Positions 1-12,812 of a DNA stretch of 64,000 bases are shown piece by piece. A model generated the notes under the pieces. The model ran no database searches. It had not been told where the DNA came from and was given only the letters and a program-made list of their open reading frames with translations. This DNA comes from Nemertoderma westbladi (Eukaryota; Animalia; Xenacoelomorpha): positions 34,803 through 98,802 of the forward strand of contig JAUCBJ010008653.1 in assembly GCA_032718475.1 (NCBI GenBank), given 5' to 3'. Position numbers and translations under genes: made by a program. Every line of letters starts with the position of its first letter. The stretch's first letter is position 1.

Positions 1-1866
1 AATTAGATATTCGCGTCACTTCTTCGCCGCCGGGTTTTTCTTCCACTTTGCCGACTTGTTTCTATAAAAAGTAGTAAGCGATTGTATTTTAAGCCAGGAA
101 TAATAAATAATGGTTAAAAGGAATAAAGGGATTTTTCCCGGTCACTTGCACTCTTAGTCTTTTTTTAAGCAGCATGACATCTGAATGTGCAGCAGAAATG
201 TAGCGTATAGCAGGTCGATTATTAGAAGTAGTAGTAGTACAAATATGGATTTACACCCCTGCTATGGGTATTTATTAATACCGTCAATAATGAAGTTTGA
301 ATGAACAATGACAATGTTAGTAATCATCTACTGTACGCATCGGAATGGTGGCTGAACCCTGCCAATTAATATAAAATTTGTATTTGCGTCGGTATTTAAT
401 TTTTCCCGATATTTTGTGGACGTCCAATAATTATTTTTTGGAAATCCAATATTTTTTTTTTTATAGTTCTGAAAAAGTAAACTATTACCGAAACCTACCG
501 AAAAATCTGCGAAGGTTATCGAAAAGGAAAAAGCAGGGGCGAAAGCTATCCATTTACTGATAGGGGGCATATTTCGAACTTTCAGCGTCCGATATCATTC
601 ATAAACAAAAAAAGATATAAAGCTTACGATCATTGATACTAATGTATTTATCATTGCCGTTTAATTTCAAATAAACTTTCGCGAAATATACATTCACCGG
701 TACACCACAGCAGTAGTAAGGATTGTTGTACTACTGAACTGTACATTGCTAGGCTTAATTAAGGCTACTGCCTACTGGGGTAGTAGTACTGGGGTCCCTC
801 CCTACACTGCTATCATCAGACTCAGACCGGCTACCGTCTGACCGCGGATCGAAGCCTAGCACAGCCTAGCATTAAGGACTTAAGAATGGCTTACTGTACA
901 AACTGAGTACTATACTGGTATGTAATCAAGAGACGCGGTGCGTCGACTACAGGTGAGGCCTCCTACAGGTTTTACTATCGCCGTTATCAGTAGGAACAGT
1001 ACAGGAAGCTATAATATTTTGTGTATGGTTTGGTAATTCTGAAGTTATATGGGGTTTCGAGGTCGCTGATTACTTTAAAATTAGTTAAAAAATATTTCTG
1101 GTAATGCAAACATCACTTTTGGTTTCATTCTGGTGCCCCAGAACGAAACAAGTTGCAAAAATGTCAAACTGTTAATAATTTGATAATTTGATAATTCTGA
1201 GTTTGATAATTCTGAAGCTATACTGGTTTCAAGGTCACTGATCACGATATAACTCGATAAAACTCATTCGTGGTAACGCAACTAACGTTTTTAGTGCTTG
1301 TCTGTTGGAACGAAAACTACAAGTCATAAATTTTCAAATGGCAAAAATTGAATTTGGTTGAATAAAACGAAATTTTTAAGTGTCATATGCGTGATCATCA
1401 ACCTAGAAAATCCCTAATTTCATAAAATCAGATTGATTTTATATTATTAAATTTGCATTACTTGTATTTTTCGTTCCACATTGACTTGTATCCAAAAATG
1501 CCCTAAACAGAAAGATACGATATACAGTATAGTATTTATTTTCATATTCGTAACAGCACCCAAAACCCCATATACAGTACAGTAGTAATAAAATCAATTT
1601 GATTTCGTGATGATTTTTCATTATCACATACGCGCTCTACTTGTTTTTTCGTGATGGCACCACGAAAAAAGGTGGCACATCCAAAATGACCAAAAATTAT
1701 CTCGAATGTATTATTTTAGTTCTATAATCGTGATCAGCAGCCTAAAAACCGCTTTATACAGCAAATAAATTAATTTTAGTTAGCCATAAAAGCTTTTGTA
1801 AATTTTATCATGAAAAATACTGGTTTTAAAATAAAATAAAAATACTAGACAATAAAATGAAAATAC

Positions 1867-1929
1867 TAGTTTTCGAGCACTGGTCCCTTTATATGGCACC
1901 CACATAAAGGGACCAGTGCTCGAAAACTA
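1867..1929. repeat. Perfect 26-bp inverted repeat (hairpin), 11-nt loop
   Basis: tagttttcgagcactggtccctttat (1867-1892) is the exact reverse complement of ataaagggaccagtgctcgaaaacta (1904-1929). Confidence 0.95.
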
Positions 1930-2069
1930 ACATAGATATATAAATGGCGTTTACTCTGTTTTCCATATTAAATTTTAGGAAAAGATACGAAATCTCGGTT
2001 TTCCCAACCTATCTTTTTCGCGTCATTTTGATTGCCTGTGCCAGGCTTATATGAAATTCATTAACTCTA

Positions 2070-2945
2070 ATAAATTAATAATCTGAAAAGTCCCGGGCAC
2101 AGTGCGCAAAAAACCTGAATAACAGAAAGTTAAAATTAATTAAGTTACGGTGATTTTTAATGACGAATAAACACAAAATCGCCACTCACTATGCTTTTAG
2201 AGGGGGCCAGTTTCCCAGAATTTAATTCAGAGTTGGCACCAGGTAGACCTGTTGACACTATGCATTGTGAGGACCCGACAAACCCCGAAGTTAAACCACT
2301 TGACTTGCCTTAGGACCAACCCCGTAATTGATTGCAAGGGGTAAGCGGTATGCGGAGCGGAAAGGTCAACGTAGTACCAACCAGACAGAGTGATATGCAG
2401 CATCACAACTGTATTCTCTCGCCGACCGACAGACACCCAACAGACAGCCAAGTGGAGCCAGTCAGTGTATCACGAGCCTAAAATGGATTCGGGTTATGGT
2501 CATGGTGACAGTAGGCAAAACGAGGGATAAACCCGACGGACTACCAACGGATTTTCGATAGCCCAATGACCGACTTATGACGGACACCGACTGACCGGAC
2601 AGACAGTATCAAACGTAGTTCTGGGGGGTTAACATCTAAATAATTATTCAGACTAATAATTTGTACTATAGGCTTATTATAAAACTCATTTATTATATTG
2701 TGTATTATTCTATTTATATTGGCGTATTGGGGAGTCCCATATAATATTTGTAATCAGTGTTAAAATCGGTAAAAGAACTAGATCAGTTAGAATAAAATTG
2801 ATGATTCAACCCAACTCGTTCTTTTTAAATTTTGCCTGCATTAATCCAACAGCTCCCCGATTCAATATCCAGTGACTAGTCGTGTTTAGAGATCCACAAC
2901 CCTCTCAAACTTACATCGGTGTTGGAAGTAATGGCAACAAAATTC
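2070..2945 (+). repeat. Dispersed repeat, copy 1 (copy 2 at ~45200-48000); leader of the degenerate gag region
   Basis: Collinear shared blocks with 45200-45868 and 47445-48000, e.g. gttacggtgatttttaatg, ttgacttgccttaggac, ggactaccaacggattttcgat, ctcaaacttacatcgg. Confidence 0.85.
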
Positions 2946-3385
2946 CAAATATTAGAGGTGGATTTTTCAGATGCAAAATTTTGATAAACCTGCAGAATTC
3001 CAACCACGGCAACTTCAAAATGGAGCTTCACCCTGCGACGAATTCTTAAACCACTCTACTTACGTGCTACACCAGCACATAAACACGGGAAATCTGGGGA
3101 GAAATCCTAGACGGTAAAGGTGTGTTCAAAACTACAAACTTGATTTATATTACAGACTCTAAGTTATCTACATTATCTAAAGTTCTACAAGGAATGGATG
3201 TATCAATGACACCAATCGAGTTGCCTCAAGGTGATGACTAACTTTGGAACATTGAAGTTGAAGTACAGAGAACCAACGTAGGAATTTTCGAGATCGCTGT
3301 TAGGGTGGATCGATCCCTATAAGAGACCTAGGGGGAGCTGTTCTATGCCATCGCTTACATCGCGATACGAGCAGCTACCAAATAG

Positions 3386-5362
3386 ATGGATACGGAACCA
3401 CCAACGACAAGTGGAAACAATTGCCGAAATGACTCCGAAACGGATAAGGAACTCATCATCCGGGATCTTGCCCTCAAACTCGGAACTCTAAAAGGGCTCA
3501 TTACCTGGGCCAACACCCGGATCGAAACTCTGTTAAAACGATCAAATTCCTCCATCATGAAATTCATCAACATTTCTGAAAGGTTCAGGAAGCTATCATC
3601 TGGAACTAGGAACAATCTACCAGCGAATACAACCGCATGGTCCCTATGGACAATAGTGAGAACAAACCCAAATTCTAGGAACACCTACAACACCTCGATG
3701 AGTTTCAGAATCAATACTCCAGGATCATCCAACTCATCAGGAAATACGAGGAACAATCGAATCGCAGATGCAAGAGTGGAGTAGAGTCTGCTTCCACTTT
3801 TGCTACGAGATGGCTGACAATGAGGAGAACAGCTCCAAGAACTCGCATGGCTCCAGAGTTCATACCGTAAGTGGACCAGGGAAGTCATAGTGCCCAATAC
3901 GTGCCTGAAAAGGTGTCTGAGGGAATTGCTATGCATCTTCCTGTTCGGAATGCTCATCACAGGATACCTTCTCGAAAACCGTTGGATGATGCCCAGGAAG
4001 GTCATAGTGCCCGATACGAGCCTGAAAAGGCGTCGGAGGGGATTGCTATGCACTTCACTGGTCATAATGCCCAATACGGTTACATGAGGTATGTGGGTGG
4101 AAGGTGAAGTAGATCCGATTAATAGGCAAATTGCAGCAGGCGAGCCTGAAAAGGATTCGACCGACGGAGTTCCACCTGGTCCATGAACTTCAACACACCC
4201 ACAACCACGTCCGAAGAACCTATGACATCCCGGAATCCTGTTGGATTCCTTCTACATTGGTTGCGCATGTGGACACCTCAATTCCACTGGCAAACCCACA
4301 TCAATTCGAGCGCTGGATGATCGCCTTTTGATGCCCAAAATGGAAATACGAAGGTTTAATGGTGATCATATGGTCTTTATCAGATTCAAATGCCCAGATT
4401 GGATCCACCGAAATAACCGATGGTCATTTATTTATCCCAATATATCGGAGATAAACAACTACGCATACCAGGATGCATGGGACACGTCAAATAAAACTCT
4501 CAAGAAACTAGTACAAGATGCAGGTTCACTTTGAGACCCACAAAATAATCAAGAGTTTTTGGACTCAATGAAGGAGGCATATTACAGTTTGAAACCTTTA
4601 CAAAAGGGGGATCCAGTCAACAACATATTAAATCTCCGACAGATTGATCGAAAGTTTCCCAGAGGGTTGCAGACCAAATTGGCCTTCAAATACATTGATT
4701 TACGCTGGCGTCTTCCGGAATATGACCCCACATATCTGGAAATGTCTAGATTCCTCGATGCGTCTCCAAAATGATGAACGACTCTATGTTTTCTAAACAG
4801 TGTCTGGTGAAGCTGGATGGGGGGGGGGGGGGGGGGGAGACGATGACCCACTCCCAGATTCCCTTACTCAAACCCAGATTCCGTGAACCCGTTAGTACTA
4901 TGGCGGTATATGGAGCCGAAGATGATGTAGAAGAGGAAGATGAGGTCTATATATATGGCAGAAGAATGGGCCAGATTCTTTGCCAATTGGACACCCAAGC
5001 GAAACATAACATGGTAGGGACAAAGCGGGGAGAAACACGCCTTCGGGTTCTGCCGGAAGTTTAAATATATGGAGTTGGTGCCCCGTTTTGAGGCAATAAT
5101 GAAACATCAAGGCTGCTTCAAATGTCTTAGCGTCGGACAATATGTGGGGGATTGTGATAAGAAAGCATGTTGCACCGTATATGTAGCGACAACTGACATC
5201 ATACGAAACGCATGCAAAACACAGAAACGCATGCAACACAAAAACTGGCAAACCATTTCATATTTCAGAAAGAACAAGGGGGGTCGAAAACCCAGATTCC
5301 AACTGAGGAGAGACATGATGAATATCTCAAATGTTAACCTGATTCATTATCATTATATTTGA
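3386..5362 (+). pseudogene. gag: Degenerate BEL/Pao-like gag, fragmented by frameshifts; no pol follows
   Basis: Fragments MPKMEIRRFNGD (DUF1759-like), DPTYLEMSRFLD (compare DPTLLDVLRFVN in element A) and KHQGCFKCLSVGQYVGDC (compare KQHGCFKCSRSGHIAINC in element A). Confidence 0.65.
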
Positions 5363-5527
5363 CGAATGTAGATGTGGGACTGCGCATTAACAATGGAGTG
5401 ACATGAGGTCAAGTATAATGTATGTATATTATAAGTAGAGCAAACCAAGCATTAGGCCTAGATGATAGGGCAGTGCAGAATACAGAAGGCAGTATGATTA
5501 CTGGAATACTATGCATACTTACTTCCC

Positions 5528-5724
5528 GGTTTCCATAGGTTGCCAAGCAATGAAAGGCATTGTTAAGCAATGATATAAACAACTGAGTTTGTGGTATGAA
5601 CTAAGTACACCTAAAATAAAGTGTCACCGCACAGCAGTGAAAAAAAAGGTTTTCCTAGGCTGCCAAGCAACGGAAAGTGTTGTTAAGCAATGATATAAAC
5701 AAATGAGTTTGTGGTATGAACTAA
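5528..5724. repeat. Two ~77-bp direct repeats, 120-bp period
   Basis: gccaagcaa...tgttaagcaatgatataaaca..tgagtttgtggtatgaactaa occurs at ~5528-5604 and ~5648-5724. Confidence 0.85.
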
Positions 5725-5803
5725 ATAAACAGTTACATAATTCGTATTATTGGGCCATGTAAAATTGAGTTGCGTTTGGGTATATATTGTCTACGTGTAA
5801 TAT

Positions 5804-8595
5804 TTAAGGAAACCATGGTATTGAGGGGGTGGGAATGTGCGTCCGGAACGAGTGGCTGGTTTTGGCGGTTGGGTCGGGGTCTTGGGAGTTGGTGAAGCGA
5901 TCTCGGCCGAGGTCAGGGGTTCTTCCGGGGGTGGAGTTGCTGGTTCCGGAACATTTAGGGGGGCGGTGGGCGGTGGACGGACTCAGAGTCGGTGTGATGG
6001 TCCCTCCTTCCGAGGCGGTGCGGGGTCGGAGGAAGTCGGTTGCATCAGAGTACGCTGCCACTCTCCTGGCGGACCATGTAGTCGTGGTTCGGGAGCGCTT
6101 CGACAACTACGCCTTGGCCCATCCAACGCTTTGTGATGGTATTCTGGATGAGGACGGGTGTCCCTATGGATATAACATGGAGGGGCCGAGTGAGGAGGTT
6201 GTAGGCCACACGTAGTCTGCGTTTGGATTTTTCGGCGACCTTGTCCAGTTGCTGGAAGCTCCTCCTCCATTTGGGGTCGAAAGAGGAGGAATGTGCCGGC
6301 AGGGCTTCCCGTATGTTGCGCCTATATAGTAGTTCTGCAGGCGAGCGCCCGCCATATCGTGGGGTATTCCAAAACGCGAGTATACCTTGCGCGATTCCAT
6401 CGACATCGTGGTTGGTCCCTCGAACGATTCGTTTCATCGTTTTCACGGCGGCTTCGGCACGGCTGTTGGTGCCGTTGGGGACGATGGGTCGAAGTGGACC
6501 CCCCAGTTTTTGAGGAAGGTCCTCACCACCTCTGAACCGAACTGCGGGCCACCTTCTGGATGGAACTCCTGGGGGACGGCGGTAACTAAAAATAGACGTC
6601 GGAGGTTCATGATGATGGCAGCCGAAGTTGTATCAGAACCAAGTTGGAATAAAGTAGGCCAACTGGTATATTCGTCGGTAGCGACCATGTAGTTCATGCT
6701 GTCCGCCACGAATAGGTCGGCGTGGACCCTTTGGAATGGCCGCAATTTGACAGCGCTCGATGGAGACCGCAATGTTGTTCGAAATGGTCAGCCACCAGAC
6801 TGACTGACTTGCGCGCTCTCGGGTCTTGTTGAGGTCCTGGTGGGCGGCGTGGATTATTCGGAGGGTGCTGGAGCGGAGTTCCTTCGGGATGTAGATCCGC
6901 GGCCCGTGGATGATAACGCCGTCACATACCATGAGGTCCATGCGGTGCTGTAAGTAGGGTTGCAGGTCGTCGTTGGTGACGTCGGCCAGTTAATGTTATG
7001 AGGCGACATCGGCCAGCTGTCCCGGATTGTGGCGAGGAGAGCCGAGTAGATCGGATTGACGGCGCCGGTGGCTTGGATTTTGTCGATTCGGGTGTCGCGG
7101 GCGTCGAGTGTCTGCGCTGTCTCAGCGAGAGCCGCCGATACGATGAACTCGTGGTCGTTGTTGTCGTCGGCTGTGAGGACGAGGTCATCCAGAGTGGGTT
7201 TATTTTGCGGCGAGTGGGAAAATGCGTCGGCGACGAGGTGCCGGGATCCTTTCTGATGGCGGGCAGTGAAGTTAAACCGTGATAGAGCCATTTTTAATTT
7301 TAAGAGACAGTCATTTGATACCTGGTCGAGCCGTCTATCATTCAGGATGGGAATGAGGGGGCTACAGTCCATGACGAGGTCAAAGTGGTTTAGCCCATCC
7401 ATGAAATAGCGGCACTTGTATGCCGCCCAGGCTGCTCTGAGGGCCTCCAGTTTGGCCATCCAGGACCAGTTAGCATTGTGTTTGGCGAGGGTCCAGGAGT
7501 CCCACTGGATGATCAGCCAGCGGTTTGGAGTCGGGTCCCCTTGGCGTAGGAGGAATCCAAGGCCATTGAGTCAAGAGGCGTCTGTCAGCAGTTCAGTTTT
7601 CCTATTGGGGTGGAAGCCGGAGAGGTAGAGTGGGCTGGACAGTGCTTATCGGGTGGACTCAAAGGAGGACTACTGGTGATGCGGCAGCCAAACCCAGGTG
7701 GTGCGGTCCATGTTGAGGCTGCGCAGTGGCTCGACGAGTTGGGAAATCTCCGGAGTCGAGTTTCATAACTTTTGTCCGAGGCCAAGGAAGGACTGGAGTT
7801 CGCGGCGGTTGGTTGGAACCGGAAAGTTACGGAGGTCATCGAGGTCATCAGTGAGGGATGGGTCAATCCGGTAGTTGCCATGACTGATGAGGTAGCCTTC
7901 AAAGCGGACTATGGGGCGGCAATACTGGACCTTGTCCGTGTTTATTGATATGTTGACTGCGTCGCAGGTGGCTAGAACGTAAGCGACTGCTTCCAGGTGT
8001 TGTTTGGCTATGGAAGATGACATCCTCTGCGATCCATCCGATGTCGGGAATCCCAAGGAGTGCTCGGGCCATGTGGCGAAGGTAGTGAGGCGGCGGATGG
8101 TAAGGTCAAGACCCCCCTGGTGGAAGCCCTTCAGGCCATCGAGGACGGTAAAGTACTGGGCCGAGGATGGGATTTTGGAGATGACGTGGAATGGGGAGTC
8201 GGAGAAGTAGCTCGGGCAAACTGTAGCTTTATTAAGTTTGCGCAGATCGACCGTTATGCGAACTTTGTTGGGGTTGCTCTTTTTGCGTGTAACGACCATC
8301 GGGCTGAGCCACTCGCCCGGGTTATTCTTGTCTCCGGCGGGTTCCAGTATACCCATGGCGATCTGTGTGTCGAGTTCCTGGTTGAATGCCACCTCCATGT
8401 TGACGGGGATGGTTCGATTAGTGTAGCATTGGTTAGGTCGGGCGCCAGGGATGAGTTTGATTGTTATTTCCCCGCCGGTCATTATGCGACACTGCCCTGA
8501 GAGTGGGCGGGGAAAGCTGTGTTCGAGCGCTTCCCAGTCGGCGTTGGCGGATGCCACGGGGCTTGTGGACCGGTAGAGGGGGGCAGGGTGTTGAT
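5804..8595 (-). pseudogene. pol: Ty3/Gypsy pol (RT, RNase H, integrase), degenerate; 3' part of a split element
   Basis: RT VRITVDLRKLN and FTVLDGLKGFHQ; PTNRRELQSFLGL; RNase H LEAL..AWAAYKC and HLVADAFS; integrase PFQRVHADLF, EGGPQF, SPAELLY. Order RT-RH-IN, with many frameshifts. Confidence 0.9.
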
Positions 8596-8680
8596 GACCT
8601 ACTCATTGTTGTTATATCTTTTGTCCTAACCCAACCATATGACTCCCCCCACATCATTTACCCTGTTATTATGCGTTCTC

Positions 8681-9414
8681 CTAACTATAGTTATATAAAG
8701 ATAGGCCCATACATTCTATGTTATCTTTTATAAGTGCGCTACATTATTATATGGATAGAGAGGATAGGTATGCCTTAGTATAGTTATACAATGCCCACAG
8801 TAATTATCAGCAGCTTTAGTAAACCTTCCCTATTGGCCAACCTGTTCACAATATCTCATATTACTCAACTAGTGTTTATCCTTGTTTATAAGGTGTATAT
8901 CTCTCTGATTGGCTCACATGCAATGTTTGTTTATCTCATATGTACTTTCCTGTGGGTTTATATTGCCTTACATATTTCCTATATGATATAGCTGCTGTTA
9001 TAGCTAGTTATCTGATAGTGACACTGAAGCGTTAGGGAAGCACAGCCGGTTTCAGTATGTTTAGAGTTGGATCTTTCATTAATGTATTAACATCATAACA
9101 ATTAAGATTACTGATTAAACCACATAAATCTACTTATCAACATTATTGCAATTATCATTATTATTAACGTTACCGTAAACATTAACATAGTGCATTAATT
9201 ATATTCATCTTGTTATCTTAGTGTAATTTAGAAATGCTATTGAGATTATATTGACAATTATTATTATTATATTTCATTTATATTTATACATGTTCTTTTA
9301 GCTAAGGTTAGATGCTTACATACATATGACAAATGACACAACTCAAAGCTCCATCCTGTTTCGTTTATTGATTTAGTTTATAAACATATCAACGACCGAG
9401 TTGTGCGTTGATAT
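8681..9414 (+). repeat. 5' LTR of element A (5' end truncated or replaced)
   Basis: Near-identical to 43335-44074; inverted CCAAT (ctgattggc ~8906), TATA-like ctatatgatata ~8980, terminal hairpin atatcaacg/cgttgatat. Confidence 0.85.
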
Positions 9415-9745
9415 TTTTTAATACATTAAATAGTTCCAGCTGGTTTTATTCTGGGTACCTTAAATGTACTTACACGTTCGTGGGGCCTTCGCGCAGCACG
9501 AGGCCCAGTTATGAGATACAAATTAAAATTGTGCGACTGTATCACAAAATCAGGTTATGAGAGATTAACCAACACCACCAATTAATCAAAGAAAGGGGGA
9601 CAGTACGTGTTCACCCCTTTTAATCTGCACCCCCCCCCCCCCCTCCCTTCCCACCCACCAATACATAACCGCGACATCTACCACCCACGGAAGGGTAGCA
9701 CGAACTTATTTCCAAACGCACGTTCAATATGCAAAGCCAGGTGGT

Positions 9746-10204
9746 TTATAGGAATATAATCAATGCAGTACTCGTCTTCATTATAAGCCTCTTTGCGTTC
9801 GACCTGTTTTGTATTAAAATATATTTATTAAACGCAGGCTGACGCTCTTTATAATAATAATACCTAGGGATGCCAGCTTCCAGACTTTCAATCTTTACTG
9901 CCGCGCAAACCCCGCAGAGGAAGTTTTGGTTTGAGAGATCAAGCCCATCGGCAATTGGTGTTTCAATTTCGGTCCAGGAACTCTGACAATGGGAGCATTC
10001 AATCTTAGCTGTGGTCCATTCCCGTGGTTTCGGCTTCCTTTTCTTCGTCCCAATGACAGATTCTTCTGAAGACGTTCGATTCGCTTTCAGTTTATTGTTG
10101 GCGTTTGTGTTTTGAAGTTGTATTCGAGTGGACAGTCGCGCCGGTTTCGAGGTAACCATACCGACCTGTGATAAGCGTTGGTTTTGTTGAGTGTCGGTAT
10201 TCAT
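9746..10204 (-). pseudogene. PHD-finger-like fragment, probably a LINE ORF1 remnant
   Basis: IECSHC...FLCGVC followed by a short coiled-coil-like KIESLE, as in CR1/L2-type ORF1; no ORF2 adjacent. Confidence 0.4.
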
Positions 10205-11054
10205 CTTCTCTCACCTCTTCAATGTCAGATGTTGCAAATACTGATAACACGAATAACGGTATATATTTCAATACTTGTCAATAGTAATATATATAATTTA
10301 GATAACTATTTTATATCTGTACTGTTGAGCAAACTCTACATAAATTTCAACCTGTGTATCGCCGGTAGGGCTGTTGCTGTGCAAGTGCTAGTTGCCACCG
10401 GTCAGCCGGTACCGGTAGTAGGGTGGTACCATGGCCTACTACACACAGGCCATGACAAGGACTTTGCTGTGAAATTAGCGTAGGCTGACTGGTGACTGAT
10501 GAATTATCAAATATTATATTTTCCATGAATGCAGGGTCCATATTTAAAAGAAGATGACTAGATTTTCGTAAAGAATTTAATTGAAACAGTATTTAATAAT
10601 AAATAAATTAATTATCGCTCGAGTTCCTGCAGCTTTTATTCGTGGCAGGAATGTTTGAACGCTAATAAGTCGGTCAATCATGGATGAAATGGAACCAAAC
10701 TTGGTACACTTGTAGTCTTAAAAAAATTTAGAAATTCTACACACAGACAGACTTCTACAGTTCCCCGGTCTGCCGCTAGGGGGCGAATTAACAGAAACGT
10801 AAAAATAGCTGTAATTATAGAACCAACGATCAGATTCATCTGAAATTTAGTAGTAGTTACCTAAGAGCATTGCTTAATTAGAAATTCTACAGAGACTTTT
10901 ACAGTTCCTGTCTGCCGCTAGTGGGGAATTGTTAGAGCTCCAGTTCAACGTGCTTAGCACGGTTTAATAAACAATCAATTAATTATTTTATTCAATACAG
11001 TAATTATAACAGTAAAATGCAATGTATTCTATTTTTTAGTGAAATCAAGAGATA

Positions 11055-11303
11055 GGAGGGGGGTGGGACTGGACGCAAATCCCATCTTGGCGAATTAATA
11101 TCCCGCCTCAATATTAATTTCTAAATTTTGGGAAAGGAGCAGGTTACAGTGGCACGTTATTTTAACCAAAACAATAAAGTAAACACAATAGAACAGGTTA
11201 CAGTTTTATTTTTGAGAGTAATCAGCTGTTGTTATTTGCGTCCAATTTCCCCTGGAGAGGGATGAATTTTTATTGCGTCCAGCCCCCCCCCCCCCCCCCC
11301 CCC
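11055..11303. mobile_element. MITE-like element
   Basis: Imperfect inverted ends ggggggtgggactggacgcaa / ttgcgtccagcccccc; internal block 11130-11205 recurs, diverged, at ~18920-18995. Confidence 0.45.
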
Positions 11304-12812
11304 TATCTTGAAATCAAATACCAAAAATATATTTATTATATGAACAATCTATTTGGAAATTGTAAGTTCGGCCTATCTCTTTACCATAAGCTCAGTATCT
11401 TTATCTGGTGTGTTTTTATTATTTTACCAATTATTTAATATGTTTGATAGAATTGAACAACACCGCCCAACACAACCAACTCTCTATCCGCCTCGAGCAT
11501 CGAGAATACGAGAAACTCAATCGAAATACCTGCTTATCCCAGTAGTATCCGTCCGTAGTCTAGTCACCGGACCGCTGCGGTTTACTCCCGTAGAACAGTA
11601 GAATTCCCGCAGCTTCCGACCCAATTCGACAACGAATTCGCTTCACACTTTCGCGTCACAGAGAACGTAATCCAGTGCGATACAAGTCTGCCCGACGTTC
11701 AACCATTTCCCCCAGGCGATCCCAGGATCCGGGCCGCCGCTAAACCCAGATCGCAATCCTCGTCGATTCGTCCAGTCGTCGACGTAAGTCAGTAAGTGGG
11801 ACTCTTCCCACCGCACTCCAAGGTGGGTGACCGGAGTGAGGCATGATGAACTTGGCAGTGGCCCGCATTACGATCTGACCGACCGCCGTATTCCCAGTGT
11901 CTGAGTGTAGTAAATACCCAAATAGAATCGTACTGACAAACAAGCAATTCCGTAGTATTCCCCCGTTAATCACCTCTTGAAGCAACTCGGCTGCTCGGGT
12001 CCAGATACATCGGACTGTCGGGAGCGTTTCAGACATCAGACAGTAATGGAGCGGCATTTGCGAATATTTCCAATGGTTTTATAATAAATAAGGGGATTCA
12101 ACAGTTCAATGCTAAAACAAATGGATTATTCCTAACCCCACCCCAATACAGCAATATACCTAACAGTATATAGCTTAGGTACCACAGTCTGACTAGCTTT
12201 AAATATTAGAGTATGAAAATTATTATAGGACCCTCATGGAAACGAGGTATATACCTCATGAGGCTATCCTTACACCAGAACCTTTTATTTAAGTAAATAA
12301 ACATTTTATAAGTTGACTATCTACATAAATCAGTATTGGTGCTCCTAAATATCTAGTGTTATTAGGCCTACTTGTACTGTAGGCCTAATATCGTAACGTA
12401 ATCTTTATAAATGTATTATTGTGAATTTTAAAAGGTTTAATTATGTGTAAAAAACAATCAATCAATCAAACCATAATCAGCACAGTCAGCCTACGCATGG
12501 GTGGTACCTACGGTGCGCACTACAACGGCTGAACGGCAGTACAGCAATACGGTGTACCGTGCCAATGACTGAATGATTAGCGGTAACTACTGAACTATCT
12601 AAACTATTATATTATTATTACCGGTACTAGGCTAATTAGGCCTAAACTATAATCACCGCAAGGGTTTCCGGGGCCATGTTTAGATTACATGATATGGCAT
12701 GTCTGCAGTGTATGGTACCGGCTGACCTGTATTACAGCCTGACAGTACCGGTACAAATGGTACATGCAGATTGGCAGACAGCCCCTATGTTTTGCAAAAT
12801 TTGTCAGAAAAC

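Noticed and set aside
5363-5803. 3' LTR of the Gypsy element
   Set aside because: No PPT at the boundary and no matching repeat near 45.1 kb.
8791-8991. Duplicated 66-aa hydrophobic ORF (also 43445-43645)
   Set aside because: Lies inside the LTR repeat; the hydrophobicity reflects T-rich sequence.
11441-12102. Possible solo LTR (tgtttga...aataaa...ttcaaca)
   Set aside because: No matching TSD (taata versus gttca) and no second copy in the window.
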